DNA from: Glaucostegus cemiculus
Lineage: Eukaryota
DNA: 64,000 nucleotides
Direction: 5' to 3'
Assembly: GCA_976551045.1 (NCBI GenBank)
Contig: CDPCPM010000114.1
Coordinates: 11,346,001 to 11,410,000, forward strand
In this document: piece by piece, positions 25,961 through 39,926 of the stretch
Layout of the letters: the number at the start of each line of letters is the position of its first letter
Numbering within the stretch: position 1 is the first letter of the stretch
Position numbers and translations under genes: made by a program
The notes under the pieces: generated by a model
Database searches by the model: none
What the model was told of the DNA's origin: nothing
What the model saw: the letters and a program-made list of their open reading frames with translations, nothing else

Positions 25961-26194
25961 GCCTACCGTATCTGCATTGCTGGGCCTGAAGCTTCCATTC
26001 AGCAACCAATGGGATTACGAGGCATACCTGTTACCTCCTACCTGTTACCTCTAACATCTTACCTGTTGTAAGATGTTTCCAAGCAAGAGCAGTGGGCTCT
26101 GTGAAAAATTTTCTGGTCAATTGGAGCAGTTATGAGAATCACCAGTTGGCTTCCGGTCAACGCTGCAGCAAATTGGGTAAGTTTGAACTTTCAG

Positions 26195-26924
26195 TATAAT
26201 TGGGGAGTGTTGTAGAACAGAGGGACCTTCAAGTACAAGTACATAGTTCCCTGAAAGTGATGTCACAGGTGGACAGGGTGTTGGAGAAGGCATTTAGCAT
26301 GTTGGCTTTTATCAGTCAGGGCATTGAGTACAGGAGTTAAGATATCATGTTCCAGATGTACAAGATGTTGATAAGGCTGCACCTGGAGTACTGTGTATAG
26401 TTTTGGTCACCTTGTTGCAAGAAAGTGTCACCAAGTTGGAAAAAGTGAAAAGAAGATGTACAAGAATGTTGCCAGGACTCGAGGGCCTGAGTTATAGGGA
26501 GAATTTGGGTAGGCTGGGGCTCTATTTCCTTGGAACATAGGGTACTGAGGGTTGACCTTACAGAGGTTTATGAAATCATGAGGGGCATAGCAGGGTGAAT
26601 GTACATAGTCATTTTCCCCAGGGAAAGTGAATCAAAAATGAGAGGACGTACATTTAAGGTGAGAGGAGAAAGCTTTAAATGGACCTGAGGGGCAACTTCT
26701 TCACACGGGGGTGGTGCGTAATGGAACAAGCTGCCAGAGGAAGTGGATGAGGCAGGTACAATAACAGCATTTAAAAGACAATTGGACAGGTACATGGATA
26801 AGAAATGTTTAGATTGAAATGGGCCAAACATGGGCAAATGGGACTAGCTTAGATGGGCATATTGGTTTGGCATGGATGAGTTGGGCCAAATGGCCTGCCT
26901 CCATACTGTAGTATTCTATGACTC
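26195..26924 (+). mobile_element. CR1 3' fragment
   Basis: gaacagagggacctt..cagggcattgagtacaggag..cacctggagtactgtgt..tggaacaagctgccagaggaagtgg; tail ttctatgactc. Confidence 0.9.
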
Positions 26925-29889
26925 AATGGCTCTTTAAATGGCACTGCTGCAAAGGGAGCCATATGAGGAAACCTGCTTGGGTTGTGACTGCCCAGTAACA
27001 TCTGTGCTTTGAACCAAAATCAATCAAATTCTGCTCTGAAATGGTGTTGCACAAGGACTGATCTTACTGTATGTACAGGGAATATACATTACTGGTGAAA
27101 GGACATGGAAGTGCTCTATTGAAATTTTGGAGTGATACAATTTGACCAGAATTGTTGCAATCACACTTCACTTCAGAAATCATTGACTTCTATTTGTATA
27201 GCACTGAGGATAAAAGAGCAGTGCCATGAGTTTGGATTCCAAACAAGTACACCTTAAATTTTCACTCTGGAGGTTCATTGTTGAAAATGAATGGAATTTT
27301 ATAACACTTTCTTTCCTTCCTTCAGACTACAGTGGACTGAATTATAGAAATGGAGATCAAAATACCTCTGAATTTGCCATTATACACTTCCAAGGAGAGT
27401 AGCACCAGCCAACTTTCCTCTCTCTGTTTGGTGTGAATGCTGAACCTTTAGTGGCATTTGTGAAAGTTTTTCAAATCGGGTACGGTTAGGTTCAGATGGG
27501 GTCACATTGAGCACTTGGACAGCATTCAACTTGAAGGTGGGAAGAACAGGGAGGTGGGTGAATGTAGGTCGGAAGAAAAATCCAGATATATTATTGATCA
27601 TTTATCTATTAATACTAGAGTTTACTTCATTTTAAAGGTTTTCTCTTGAACATGGAGAATTTATTCAAACATTTCAAGTGTTTTATAACACAGACTGTCA
27701 CAAACATCATATAATCTACACTGGTATGATTACTTAACCACCCTAATATTTAGATTTAACCACACAGTTTTAAAGAAATATTGATTTTCATGATGCAAGA
27801 TTTGTTGAACTGAAGAACATATAATAATGCATAAATTTTAACATTCTTTTAATTAAACTCAAGGGTTAAGAGTTTCCTTATATATTGCAGTTTTACTCTG
27901 AATTGTTAATGTTTCCATTAAATACTGAAAGAGAAAATGCTAGATCACTGAAACATTTTACATTACATGACTGTAAATTTGATTAACTAGTATTACTGAA
28001 TTAGGAGGTGTCAAAATCAATCTCATTAAGGTGATTTCATGAACATTTCCACCAGCAAAGCTCAGCAATGTGTAAACTGACTTTGAATAAAGCAGTACTG
28101 TTTTTTTTTGTGTTTGCAAGCAAGTTGGGAAACTGAACCTTGCCTGGATAGGCCAGCTACCTTATTTATAACCAGTTGCTTTGCACATGTCATCTCTGGG
28201 TATTGATAACACAAAGTGACTAGAAATGGTGGCACACACTGAAAATTGCACTGATAGAGTGGACTTTAAATTGCAAGTTAAAAGCACAGATAATCTGGAA
28301 CCTGTCCTGCAGTGTGAAAGGAAAATTGCAGCAGCCTGGGGATAACAGCATAAATGATGAGCACAGGATCATCAACCTAGGCTGAACTGTAGCAATATTT
28401 TTAGAAACAGTATATGATCTGAGAAGAAATAAAGAGATGAAGCCAAAATGTACCCAGCTGAATTGTAGGAGTGACATGGAATGCCACGAAGTTTTCATTT
28501 TCAAATTGCAATTGAACTTCCAGGCATTTGTCTTTTCTTGAAGCAATCTTTCAAGATCATGAGGAACGTTAAATGAGAATAATCCCAGAAAAAATGCTCC
28601 TAATCAGATAGTTATTGTCAAGGGCCAGTACCTCTTTGTTGTTTTCTTTTCAAAAATGAAGTGTCCAAAACCTTTTCCAAGCAGCCAATTTTCAAGTTTA
28701 AGTCTGTCCCACAGTAAACTTTCCTTGGTTATCCTTCAAACAACCTCTTTTGTAAATAGAACATGACTACAGCATTCAAGCACCACCAATGCATGAGTCT
28801 TTTCAGATTAGTTTTACTTGTACAATGTTGCAACAAAAAACTCAAAAGCAATCTTCTTTTTAAACATTTCTTTGAGCTGCCTTAGCAACCGTCAGAAACA
28901 AACAAAAAGAAGAAACTGGGCTCCTCACTCTCTGAGAAAAAAGACTCTGTCAAAATACCCTGCAAAGCCTTGTTGCTTTTCAAACTTACCCTGCAAAACC
29001 CAATTTGGTCTCTGCTAAAAGTGAGCTTGTAACCTGTTCAACAAACCAAGTCTTTACTTGCACTTACACATGTCATCAAGTAAAGTTAGATGTGACAGAT
29101 TCCATAAGAAGTTCCATAGTTCAATCTCATATGTGTAGAATTACTTTCATTATAATCAAAGTATCTACGTATTACAACTGTGTTATTTATATGTATGTTG
29201 CTTCCCTGGCAATATTAGAACTATTCTTAACTTAAAATGACTTTTCAGTGAACTGCAACCCACCAGTATTTGACAGTTCAGCATAACATTCCACTGTACA
29301 ATCAATCACTTGACTGGTTTGTTAATACCACTTGAGGCAAAATAATACAAGGGCAGTTACTTTTGCAATACTCTTTTTTTTTTGTCATAGGTACAACAAC
29401 TTGGAATGTTCTCTGGATTCTCGCACATTTTTTTCAGCTTTTACGTTCTCTATTTCTATTAAGATCATCATAACAAGTTATTGGAGATTGCAAGGCTGAT
29501 TCTCAACTTTGAAAGCTATTTAAACATAATGGAGTCAAGTTTCTCCAATAATGTTGGAACCTGCAGGGAGTACGGATTCATTGTATTGAAGCCAGCCCAT
29601 GTCTGGGATCAGCATTCTTTGCAATTCTGTGACTGAACTTCAGGTGCAAGTTTGGTAGTTTGCCAACTGGACCGGAGAAATTGCACGTTACATCAAGTGT
29701 TAAAGGAATTCTGCAGCTTAAAGAGATGTTGGCCCTCATATTAATCAGATTTCAGCCACGCAATTTCAGCTTCTGCTCAGTTCCCAGCAGAAGCTAAAAT
29801 TGCATTGCTGAAATTTGACAAACCCACCAGATCAGAATTTAAAATATCGAATTCTAAGCTTTTATGTTTAATGTGGTGGTGATGCAACA

Positions 29890-30635
29890 CAATGTGATGG
29901 AAAGTATCCTCACTGTGAAGGACTTTGTCTCCACAGAGAAGGTGTAATGACCATTCTATGAATACTGAAGTGGATGGACGCATCTGCATGGGTAGGTTGG
30001 TGCAGATGAGTTTGTTGGTTCCTTTACCAGTTGCCAGAGGTCCAGTTTAGCAGGAATGTTTTCAGGACTTGGCCAAGTTGTTGGGCTGCTGACAGCATTT
30101 AAGACCAGCACTTTAATCACCTGGGCATGGAAGAATATGGGCCAAGTGCTAGAATGTGGGATTATTATGGATTGGTGCCCTGTGGTCACCATGGACCTGG
30201 TGAGTCAAATGACCTTTTTCCATGCTGTATGGGTCTATGAATTTTCAGCAGTGGTGTCAGTGAGAAGCTTTCAATGATAGACATTGAAGACCACAGTGTT
30301 TTGCACTCTTACTTCTCTCATTGCATCTTCAGGGCAGTTTTCTCCATTGATGTGTACTGATTAGTAGCAGAGATGGAGGCAGTGATAATCAGGACAAGAT
30401 TTTTTGCCCCAGTACTGAGGCTTCCCATACCCTCAGGACTATATATCACTGTACTACCTTAAATGAATCTGTTCTGCTGATAGGGTGGAATATGTTCAAT
30501 AATCCTGCTGGAGGAATGTGGAATGCTGTTGAAAGGAAAGATTCTCTGAGAACAGCCATATCATGTTGTTCATTGATTACCCTGTTGGTCAGCTCTCCTA
30601 ATTTAGCCTCAAGTTCTAAGATGTTCAAAAGGCTC
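29890..30635 (-). mobile_element. fragments of a CR1-clade LINE, including the APE start
   Basis: NILELEAKLGELTNRVINEQHDMAVLRESFLS resembles an APE N-terminus (NIRGL..KL.EL......PD...L.ES.L); mixed degraded pieces. Confidence 0.5.
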
Positions 30636-31009
30636 CATGCTGTATGGTCTATCCCATTTTATTATTATGTTCTATCAAACAGTTTGATACAACCAAATTG
30701 GTTTCTTGTAGATCCGGTTTCTCAGGCAGGCAACAGATTTCTTTTCCTTAAAAGATATCGGAGAACCAGGTAGCATTTTACAGCAAATCATCAATGTGTG
30801 GTAATTGTTCTAAATAAAATTTTGGATTATTTGACTGACAGCTTTTATATTGCTGAGCTACCTTGATGGGATTTGAATATATGACTCTGAATCTTTTGTC
30901 CAGGCTTCTGGATTGCTAAATCTACAACAAAACATGGCACCGTTTTTTCCAATGGTGCTATCTTTAAGATTATAGCAGGGATTAAGAAAAATTGGGCAAA
31001 ATTTTGTGA

Positions 31010-31640
31010 TAAGTAAATCATCAACCAATTGGATCTATCAATCTATTGGAGTTCTTTGAAGGAGTAACATGCACTGTGGATGAAGGGAACTGCACGATAC
31101 TTAGGTTTCCAGTAGGCATTTGAGAAAGTGCTGCATCAAAGCTTATTTCAGAAAACAAGAGGTATTGGGCCACATCTGGAGTATTGTGCACAGTCTTGGT
31201 CTCCTTATTTAAGAAGGTTGTTAATCCATTGGAAGTCATTCAGAGAAGATTTGCGCGACTCAAATTTTGAATTGCTCATTATCTTTTGAGAAAAATTGGC
31301 TGGGCTAGATTTGAGTTCACAGAAGTTTAGAAGACAGTGGGGACTTCACTTAAACATATTAAGATACAGAGGGGCAATGACAGGATGGATGTGGAGCAGG
31401 TATTTTCACTTATGGGAGAAACTAGAACAAAGGATCTTGAGTCTTTGAAACTCTTTTCTTCAGAAGTAGAGTCCCTGAATATTTTAAGGTAGAGGTAGCT
31501 ACCTGATAAACAAGGGAGAAAGGTTACCATTGGAAGATGGGAATTTAGAGTTAGAATCAGATCAGCCATGATCTTATCAATTGGCCGATAGGTTTGAGAG
31601 GTCCTTTGACCTACTCCTGCAAATAAATTGTATGTTCCTC
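31010..31640 (+). mobile_element. degraded CR1 (RT piece joined to 3' end)
   Basis: ttggagttctttgaaggagtaac..; gccacatctggagtattgtgcacagt..; tail gacctactcctgc. Confidence 0.7.
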
Positions 31641-33420
31641 AGTAAGGTTATATCCTTTTCCCTTGACTCATTAGTTTCTCACATTAAATTCCTTTCCAAA
31701 GCCTAAAGATCTTAAGCAAATCACTCCTTAATTTTCTGTACTCTTAGAAAGCCACAGAAGATCCATTGACCAGCAGCATTAGGAAAGGTAAATTAAAGAA
31801 ACTAATGCATTGATGGAATGAACACAGACGTCCATACTGTTCAGTTGTTTCTGTGACAGCTGAGGCTAGCAAAAGTGAGGAAATTTGGAGCCAGAAGATT
31901 GCTGCAATGTTGTGTGGTAATTACTGCAGCAGTGAACAACTTTGTGAAGTGTTGTTTGGCATCTAGCCCAAAGAACCTTGGGCTTGCTTTTGCGAGTCTT
32001 GAAGGTCATTGAAATATTATGAATATTTCTTCCAACCTTCAGTGAGGCTTTTCAAGCACTGGAATTTCATCCAGACACAACTTTGAATGATGTTTCAGCA
32101 GTTGAAGTAAAATAATAAAGGAAGAGAAACAGAGACAAATTCCCACTTCCCTGCCATTCTCCATCCTATTGTGAAATTCAGATAGACACATGGCTTTGGA
32201 AGGACTACGTAGAAATTACTGTATAAACCAGAGATTTAGATTCAATGAATGTCCAAGTGCACTGATCTATTGGATTTTGGTAGGCCTGACTCTGCAGAGC
32301 ACTTACAAGTAGAATTCTAGACAAGTGGTTGTGCAAGTTTACCACTACTACTTACTGCATGAAAATTCAGTAGCAATAGGTTTGTGAAGTTCCCACCTAT
32401 TCAATTGGAAACTTCTCCCTACAGCTTTGCACTCATGCAGAATATCTGATTTTATGCTGTATTACAACAGTTATATATTGGAAGAAGGGAACTTAAGTCA
32501 AACTTGGTTATTCTTATTAAGCTAGCTTGGGCAATTTTAGTTAGGGTTTCTTCTTAATTCACAAGATGTGAGCATTTAATGATAACACTGTATCTTTGGG
32601 AAGATGTTTGTGACCAAGTGTTTTGAACCATCGCAGTTTGCGTGATGAAGGTCTGTTAAGGTACTCTTGGATAACAAGTTCCAGTATTTAGACTAATGGT
32701 GCTAAAGTTGCGCAATACGGTCTGAAACAACAAACAATCTGCTGGAAGAACTCAATGGATCAAGCAGCATCTGTGGGAGGAAAGGAACAGTTGATGTCTT
32801 GGGTCAAAACCCTGCATTAGGACCTGCATCATCGGCTGGAACATACTTCCATTTTGCCGGTAATCCCTTCGAGAACTGCTGGTGATGACCTCCTCATGGT
32901 GAGCATGTCTCTGACCTCCTGCTGTGCTACCAATGATCCACCAGTGGTGCATATATATACTCAGTTGAGGGGTTGGGTGCACTTTGCATTTGATTCCTCA
33001 GCTTTACACTAACTATGGCATGATCCCATTCTTTTGAACAGGTTTGTTGAAATTAATTAGAAGGTCAGCAAAGTTGATGGTTTGTTCATCTTTCTTTATT
33101 TTAAATTATACTTTAATTAATTTTCAGAAGTTTTAGGTAATTTTAAGCACATTAAGATGTTTTTATTTTGATTATTTAAATCTGTTGGAACTGTTGAATA
33201 TCAGGGACATTTAAAAATAGTTCAAAGGCCATTGCCAGGAGAAAGCTATCAAAAGGCCATCAGAGTACTTTGGGGGTATAGCCTCAAGATCAGCCATCTG
33301 AGGCCTAGTCACCTATTGCATTCTGATCCTGCTCATCCTATGGTTGTAACAGCCAGGCCTCAACATTGACTGCTAATGCTGAGCTGTTAAAGGTACATGC
33401 AGCCATAGGAATCTTGGATC

Positions 33421-36400
33421 TTGGATCACTGGAACCTTTTCTGGGGAAGAGGTGACCTGTACAAGAGGGATGGGTTGCACCTGAACTGGAGGGAAACCAA
33501 AGTCATGGCAGGGAGGTTTCCTAATGCTACTGGGGAAAGTTTAAACTAGCTTCTCAGGGGGATGGGAACCAGGACAACAGGTCAGTAAGTGAAGGAATGG
33601 GCAGGAGGGCTGATGTCAGGGAATGTAGTATTAGGCAGATTCCTAATAACAAATGTGATGGTACGAATGGTTTGAAGTGTTTGTACCTTAATGCTAGGAG
33701 TATTATGGGCAAGAGTGATGAACTTAGAGCATGGATCAGTACATGGAACTGTGATGTTGTGGCCATGACAGAGACTTGGTTGAGGGAGGAACAGGAATGG
33801 GTGATTGATGTACCAGGGTTTCAAAGTTTTAGCAGAATAGAGAGGGGGGTAAAAGAGGGGGTGGGTTGCAACATTAATTAGAGATAATATATCAGCTGCA
33901 CTCTGGGGAGACATAATGCACGGCTCGGATACAGAGTCTATATGGGTAGAACTCAGGAATAGGAAGGGTGCAATCACTTTCTTGGGGGTGTACTGTAGAC
34001 CTCCCAATAGCCACTGGGACATGAGGAATGGATACACAAACAGATTAGGGCAATATGCAAAAATTACAGGGTTGTGGTCATGGAAGACTTCAACTTCCCC
34101 AATGTAAATTGGGACCTTTTTAGTGGGGGTTACATGGGGCAGAATTTGTTAGGTGTATGCAGGAGGGGTTCTTAATTCAATATGTCGACAGTCCAACAAG
34201 TGGAGAGGCTATTCGGGACCTGGTGACTCACCTATCAATGGGTGAGCAATTGGGGAACAGTGACCACAGCTCATTAACTTTCAGGATAGTTATAGATAAG
34301 GATAGGTATGGGGCTAGCGGGAAGGTTTTAAATTGGGCCAGGGATAATTATGAAGGCATAAGGCAGGAACTAGATAGAGTAAACTGGAAACACCTTTTTG
34401 CTGGCAAGTCCATGAGGCACATGTGGAAAGTGTTTAATGATCAAATACATAGGGTACAGGATAGGTATGTCCTCATTAGAAGGAAGGACATGAATGGCAA
34501 AATAAGGGAACCTTGGATGTCCAGAGAAGTAATGAACTTAGTCAAGAAGAAAAAGGTATGTAGAGCTTCGGAAGTTACAATCAGATAGAGCATGTGAGGA
34601 CTATAAAGAGGCTAGAAATGAACTCAGGGAAAGAATTAGGAAAGCCAGGAGGGGCTATGAAAAGTCCTTAGCAAGTAGGATTAAGGAGAATCCAAAGGCA
34701 TTCTATACCTATGTAAGAAATAAGAGGATAACAAGGGAAAGGGTAGGGCCACTTAAGGATAAAGAAGGGAATCTATGTTTGGATGCAGAGGGTGTGGGTG
34801 AGGTTCTGAATGAGTATTTCTCTTCAGTATTTACCCAGGAAAGGGACGTGCAGGACGCAGAAATTGGAACTGAGGGCGGAAACATGTTGGGGCATTTAGA
34901 GGTCAAGGAGGAGGTAGTGTTAGGTCTCCTAAACAGTATTAAGGTGGATAAGTCCCCAGGGCCTAATGAGGTATGCTCCAGGTTGCTGAGGGAGGCGAGA
35001 GAGGAAATTGCCGGGGCCTTGACCGGTATCTTTGTGTCCTCTTTGACCACGGATGAGGTCCATGAGAACTGGTGAGTGGCTAATGTTGTTCCTCTATTTA
35101 AGAAAGGAACAAGGGAAAATCTGGGGAACTATAGACCGGGAAATTGCTGGAGAAAATTCTTAGAAATAGGATCTGCAAGCATCTGGAATCCAATGGTTTG
35201 ATTAGGGAAAGCCAACGCAGCTTTGTGTGGGTCAAGTCATGTCTTACTAACCTGGGTGAGTTTTTTGACAAGGTGATGAGAGAGAATGATGAAGGTAAAG
35301 GATGTCATCTATATGGACTTCAATAAGGCATTTGACAAAGTCCTACATAACAGGTTCGGATGCATGGGGTCAGTGGAGAATTGGCTGTGTGGATCCAGAA
35401 CTGGCTTGCCCGTAGAAAACAAAGGTGGTGGTTGAAGGGACTTATCCAGGCTGGAGGCTTGTGAGTGGTGGTGTTCTGCAGGGATCTGTACTGGGACCTC
35501 TGCTGTTTGTGATGTACATAAATGACTTGGATGAGTATGTTGATGGGTGGGTTAGTAAGTTTGCAGACTGGTGGAGTTGTGAATAGTTTAGAAGACTGGC
35601 AACAGATATAGATCAGCTGCAGATATTGGCAGAGAAATGGAAGATGGAGTTTAACCTGGATAAATATGAGGTGTTGCACCTTGGTGGGACTAATGTCAAG
35701 ACACAGTGCACTCTAAAGGGCAAGACCCTTAACAGTGTTGAAAAGCAGAGAGACCTTGGGGTGTAAATCCATAGCTCACTAAAAGCGGCTGCACGGGTAG
35801 ATCAGGTGGTAAAGAAGGTTTATGGAATGTTTCCATTCATTAATCGAGGTATTGAGTACAGGAGTCAAGAAGTTATGATGTATCTCTGTAGAACTCTGGT
35901 TAGGCCACATTTAGAGTATTGCATGCAATTCTGGTCACTTCACTTTTGGAAGAATATTGAGGCTTTAGAGAGGGTGCAGAGTAGGTTTATTGAGGATAAG
36001 AGGGCATGTGCTATCAGGAGAGGCTGGACAAACTTGGGCTCTTTTCTCTGGAGCTGTGGAGGCTGAGGGTTGAACTGTTAGAAGTGTATAATATTATCAG
36101 GGGCACAGATAGGGTGGACAAGCAATATTTTTTTCCCAGTATTGAGCAATCCAATACCAGAGGGCATGCATTTAAAGTGAGAGGGGGTAGATTCAGAACT
36201 TATGTGGAGAGTAGGTTTTTTACTCAGAGAGTAGTGGATGCCTGGAATGCATTGCCTGATAGGGCGGTGGAGGAAAATTCATTGGGGGCTTTTAAGAGGG
36301 GCGTGGATGGGCTCATGAATGAGAGGAAAATGGAGGGATATGGGCATTCTGTAGGTAGAAGGGGATAGCTATTTCGGCATAACATTGAGGACCAAAGGGC

Positions 36401-36432
36401 CTGTTCTGTGCTGTACTGTTCTATGTTCTATG
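33421..36432 (+). mobile_element. near-full-length CR1 LINE: ORF1 esterase C-terminus, APE endonuclease, RT, 3' tail (disrupted)
   Basis: LDHWNLFWGRGDLYKRDGLHLNW..SLN* (ORF1 end); LKCLYLNARSI..DVVAMTETWL and GNSDH (APE); RT remnants; RTLVRPHLEYC; tail tgttctatgttctatg. Confidence 0.95.
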
Positions 36433-36589
36433 AAACGCATGGAGGGTAAGTGTGGGCAGCAGTCTAGATCAACCATGATCCATCCCTATATTTTTCAGTT
36501 AGAATTATGTGAGACGTGGATGGGAACTTGAAGTTTGTGTATTCCCAGTGTGCCTTCTTCCCTTGTCCTGCTGGATGAGAGCAGCACAG

Positions 36590-36795
36590 AGTAATAGAGC
36601 CATATCTCATGGAAAAGGGCCCTTTGACCCGCTGTCAAACTAACAACAGCCTATTTACATTAATCCTATGTTAATCACATGGTTTAATTCACCCCATGTT
36701 CTCAAACACTCCTCCCAGATTCCACCACTCACCCACACATAGGTGGCAATTTATAGTTGCCAATTAACCAACCAACCTGTACATCCTTGGGAAAT
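36590..36795 (-). mobile_element. V-SINE 3' fragment
   Basis: aagggccctttgacc tail and ggcaatttatagttgccaattaacc..cctgtacatccttgg core edge. Confidence 0.5.
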
Positions 36796-36954
36796 ATGGG
36801 TTGGTAGATTAATTGCTCTAGATCACACAACTTCTGATACCATAGAATGAATTGCAAAACTCATTCTTTAAAACATTTTGCTGATTCTTTTCTCTTCTAG
36901 TGTGCTTGGTGATGGCCATTAAAGAGAGACTGTGACTATAACCTTGCTGAGACT

Positions 36955-37962
36955 ATAAGATCATAAGAGATAGGGGCAGAATTTGGCCATTTGGCCCATC
37001 AAGTCTTCTCCATCATTCAATCATGGCTGTTATTTTTCAATCTCCTTCTCCCCATAACCCTTAACCCCTTACCAATAAAGAATCTACTAATCTCTGCCTT
37101 AAATACACCCAAGTACTTGGCCTCCACAGACCTCTGTGGCAACAAATTCCACATATTCATCACCATCTGGCTGAAGAAATTCCTCCTCATCTCAGTTTTA
37201 AAGGGACGTCCCTTTATTCTGTGACTGTGCCCTCAGGTCCTTGACTCTCCTTCCAATGGAAACATCCTCTCCACGTTCACTCTATCCAGGCCCTTCAATA
37301 TCCGGTAGGTTTCAATGTGATCTCTTCTCATTATTTTGAACTCCATCGAGTACAGGCCCAGAGACATCAAATGTTCCTCATAGGTTAAACCTTTCATTCC
37401 TACGATCATTCTCGTGGACCTCCTCTGGACCCGCTCCAGGGCCAGCACATCTTTTCTCAGATATGGGGCCCAATATTCGAAATGCGGCCTAACCAACGAG
37501 TTATAAAACCTTGGCAGTACATCCTTGCTTTTATATTTTCGTCCTCTTGAAATGAATGCTCACATTTCCTTTGCCTTCTTTACTATTGACTCAACCTGCA
37601 AGTTAACCTTAAAGGAATCCTGAACTAGGAATCCCGAACTAGGAATCCCAAGTCCTTTGCACCTCCAATTTCTGAATCCTCTCCCTATTTAGAAAATAGT
37701 CGACACCTTTATTCTTCCTACCAAAGTCCATAACCCCATTCTTACTGCCACTTTATTCCATCTGCCACTTCTTTGCCCAGTCTCCCAATCTGTTCAAGTC
37801 CTTCTGCAGACTCCCTATCTCCGCTACAATATCTGTCCCTCTACCTATCTTGGTATTGTCTGCAAACTTGGCTACAACTTTATCAGTTCTTTTGTCCAGA
37901 TCATTAATATATAAAGGGAAAAGTTGTGGTCCCAGCACTGATCCCTGCAGAACTGCACTAGC
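36955..37962 (-). mobile_element. CR1 LINE, 5'-truncated
   Basis: QGSVLGPQLFPLYINDLD..KFADNTK..WAKKWQME; VRPHFEY..LERVQRR; tail (ataaga) repeats. Confidence 0.92.
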
Positions 37963-38079
37963 AGCTATGTACAGAGCCATGTGATTGAATGCTCTCTGGG
38001 TTGCAGTAACCATGTGTAGACATGCGCCAAAGCTATCTGGAGGGTCCTTGATAAAAAGGAATTCCAGAGTCTATTTAAT

Positions 38080-38710
38080 GCATAGAGATCGAGCCAACAA
38101 GTTATACAACACAGAAGCAAATCCTTCATCCAACCATGTCCGTGCCAATCATTGCGCTCATCTGTGGCTTGGCGATTCAAGCACTGGTCTCGATGCTTCC
38201 TATATATTATGAGAGTACCCGTGTTCCACCACCTCCTCAGGCAGCACATTCCAGATTGAAATCACATTGACTGTGAAAATAAAAATCCCTCTCTGATCCC
38301 CTCTAAATGTACTAACTCCTACCATATACCTTTGCCCTCTTGTTTTAGACACACCAAAATGGGAAAATGATTCTTGCTATCCACCCAATCTATCCTCCTC
38401 ATAAGTTTGTACATCTCTATCAGGTCACCCCTCATCCTCTTCTGCTCCAGGGAAAGCAAACTCAGTCCATCCCATCTCTCTTATAACTATAATGGTCCAA
38501 TCCACGCAACATCCCAGTGAATCTTCTCTGCACTCTCTCCAGCGCTATCACATCTTTTTCTCTGGTGGGGTAACCAGAACTGCACACAATACTCCAGGTT
38601 TGGTGCAACTCTTATATTCAATGCCATGGCAGATGAAGGCAAGCACCTTACATGCCTTCTTCACCACCCTCTTCAGTTGTGGTGCCGTTTTCAGAGACTG
38701 ATGGAGTTGC
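38080..38710 (-). mobile_element. CR1 3' fragment
   Basis: Reverse complement of the ORF2 end (accagaactgcacacaatactccag; caggtcacccctcatcctcttctgctccaggga). Confidence 0.8.
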
Positions 38711-39926
38711 AATGGGAGGGAAACTTGCAGAATGTTTTTTTGCTGTGATGTGAGGAAAATTGCATTTCCGTACTTACTGTAGATTTCTTAACATCCTGGA
38801 ATTCCCTACTCAACAGCTCTGCAAGAGTATCTTCAACACATGGACTACTATCTTTAAAGAAAGTAACTCACCACCACCTTCTCAGGGACAACTGGGGATG
38901 ATCAATAAATGGTAGCCTTATCAGTGATGTTACATCTTGTAAACGTTTAGTTTTAAAAGATTGTTGACATTAATGGTGGTCCAAGAGAAATCTCGACTCC
39001 AAATGTGTATGTCCACACTTGAAGAAGAGACAGTTCTTATCAATGTTAAAGAAAACAAAATCACTTCACTCAAAATAGAAATAAAACTTCTAATACAAGA
39101 AACAAAAAATTTACCAGCCAGTGTGGATAACAGCTTAATACATTCTGACACTCCACTATAAAATCCATTGCTTGAGGCATACTGTTTAAGACAGAAGTTA
39201 CATGAAATACACTTCCATTGATATTCTCTTCATCCTAATGCCTTTAAATGTTCCTCAAAACAGCCTTGCAGACAAAGTACAATTTTATCATATATTGGCA
39301 CATATATTAATAAAGCTATATTTCTTCTAAAAAAAGATGGAGGCTTGAAACTGTTGTAAGAGCCTATAACATTCAGGTTTTTTTTAAATCCCTGAATCCT
39401 CTGGAGGTGTAGAATACTAGGCAAAGTAATTTTTTTTTAGCCAATGGTTGTAAAGCTACTAACTCAGATAAGTTCATTCAAATGTAAGGCACTTTTTTTT
39501 ACAATTGACAGGCTGCATTATTAAACTCCCTCCTTTGCCGCACTAATGGCATTAGATTATTAATTTCACTTCAGGAATTTGTAAAGAAGCTTGGATGGGT
39601 ATAAAAGAAGCATTAAAGAGATGCTTTCAGAATGAAATTAGAGGCTTTCATTTGCATATGGTAAAGAGAACATTCATTCTACATATAAATCATGAGATTC
39701 CTCTCCTTATAATATTCAATGAAATTTCGATTGAGAATAAAACCCATTTCTTAAGGCTGATATTAATGTACAATAAATATATTAATAATAAGAAAAAGGG
39801 TCAAATATATTATCTGCTTTGCCAAATAAAGTAATTCTAGTTTGAGATTTTTGAGGGCATTGGACTATTTATTGCATTGGCAAAGTTAAAATATCATGCT
39901 ATGTATTTTCCGTCTATTATACTCAC

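Noticed and set aside
33582-34037. 151-aa minus-strand ORF (and similar ORFs at 12432-12884, 47520-47897, 60166-60606)
   Set aside because: These lie antisense to LINE coding sequence and are shadow ORFs.
37622-37649. Exact 14-bp tandem duplication gaactaggaatccc
   Set aside because: An ordinary slippage duplication inside a dead CR1; it is not an array.
38961-39161. 66-aa plus-strand ORF with coiled-coil-like composition, a possible nested exon
   Set aside because: No partner exons or recognisable homology; A-rich composition explains it.
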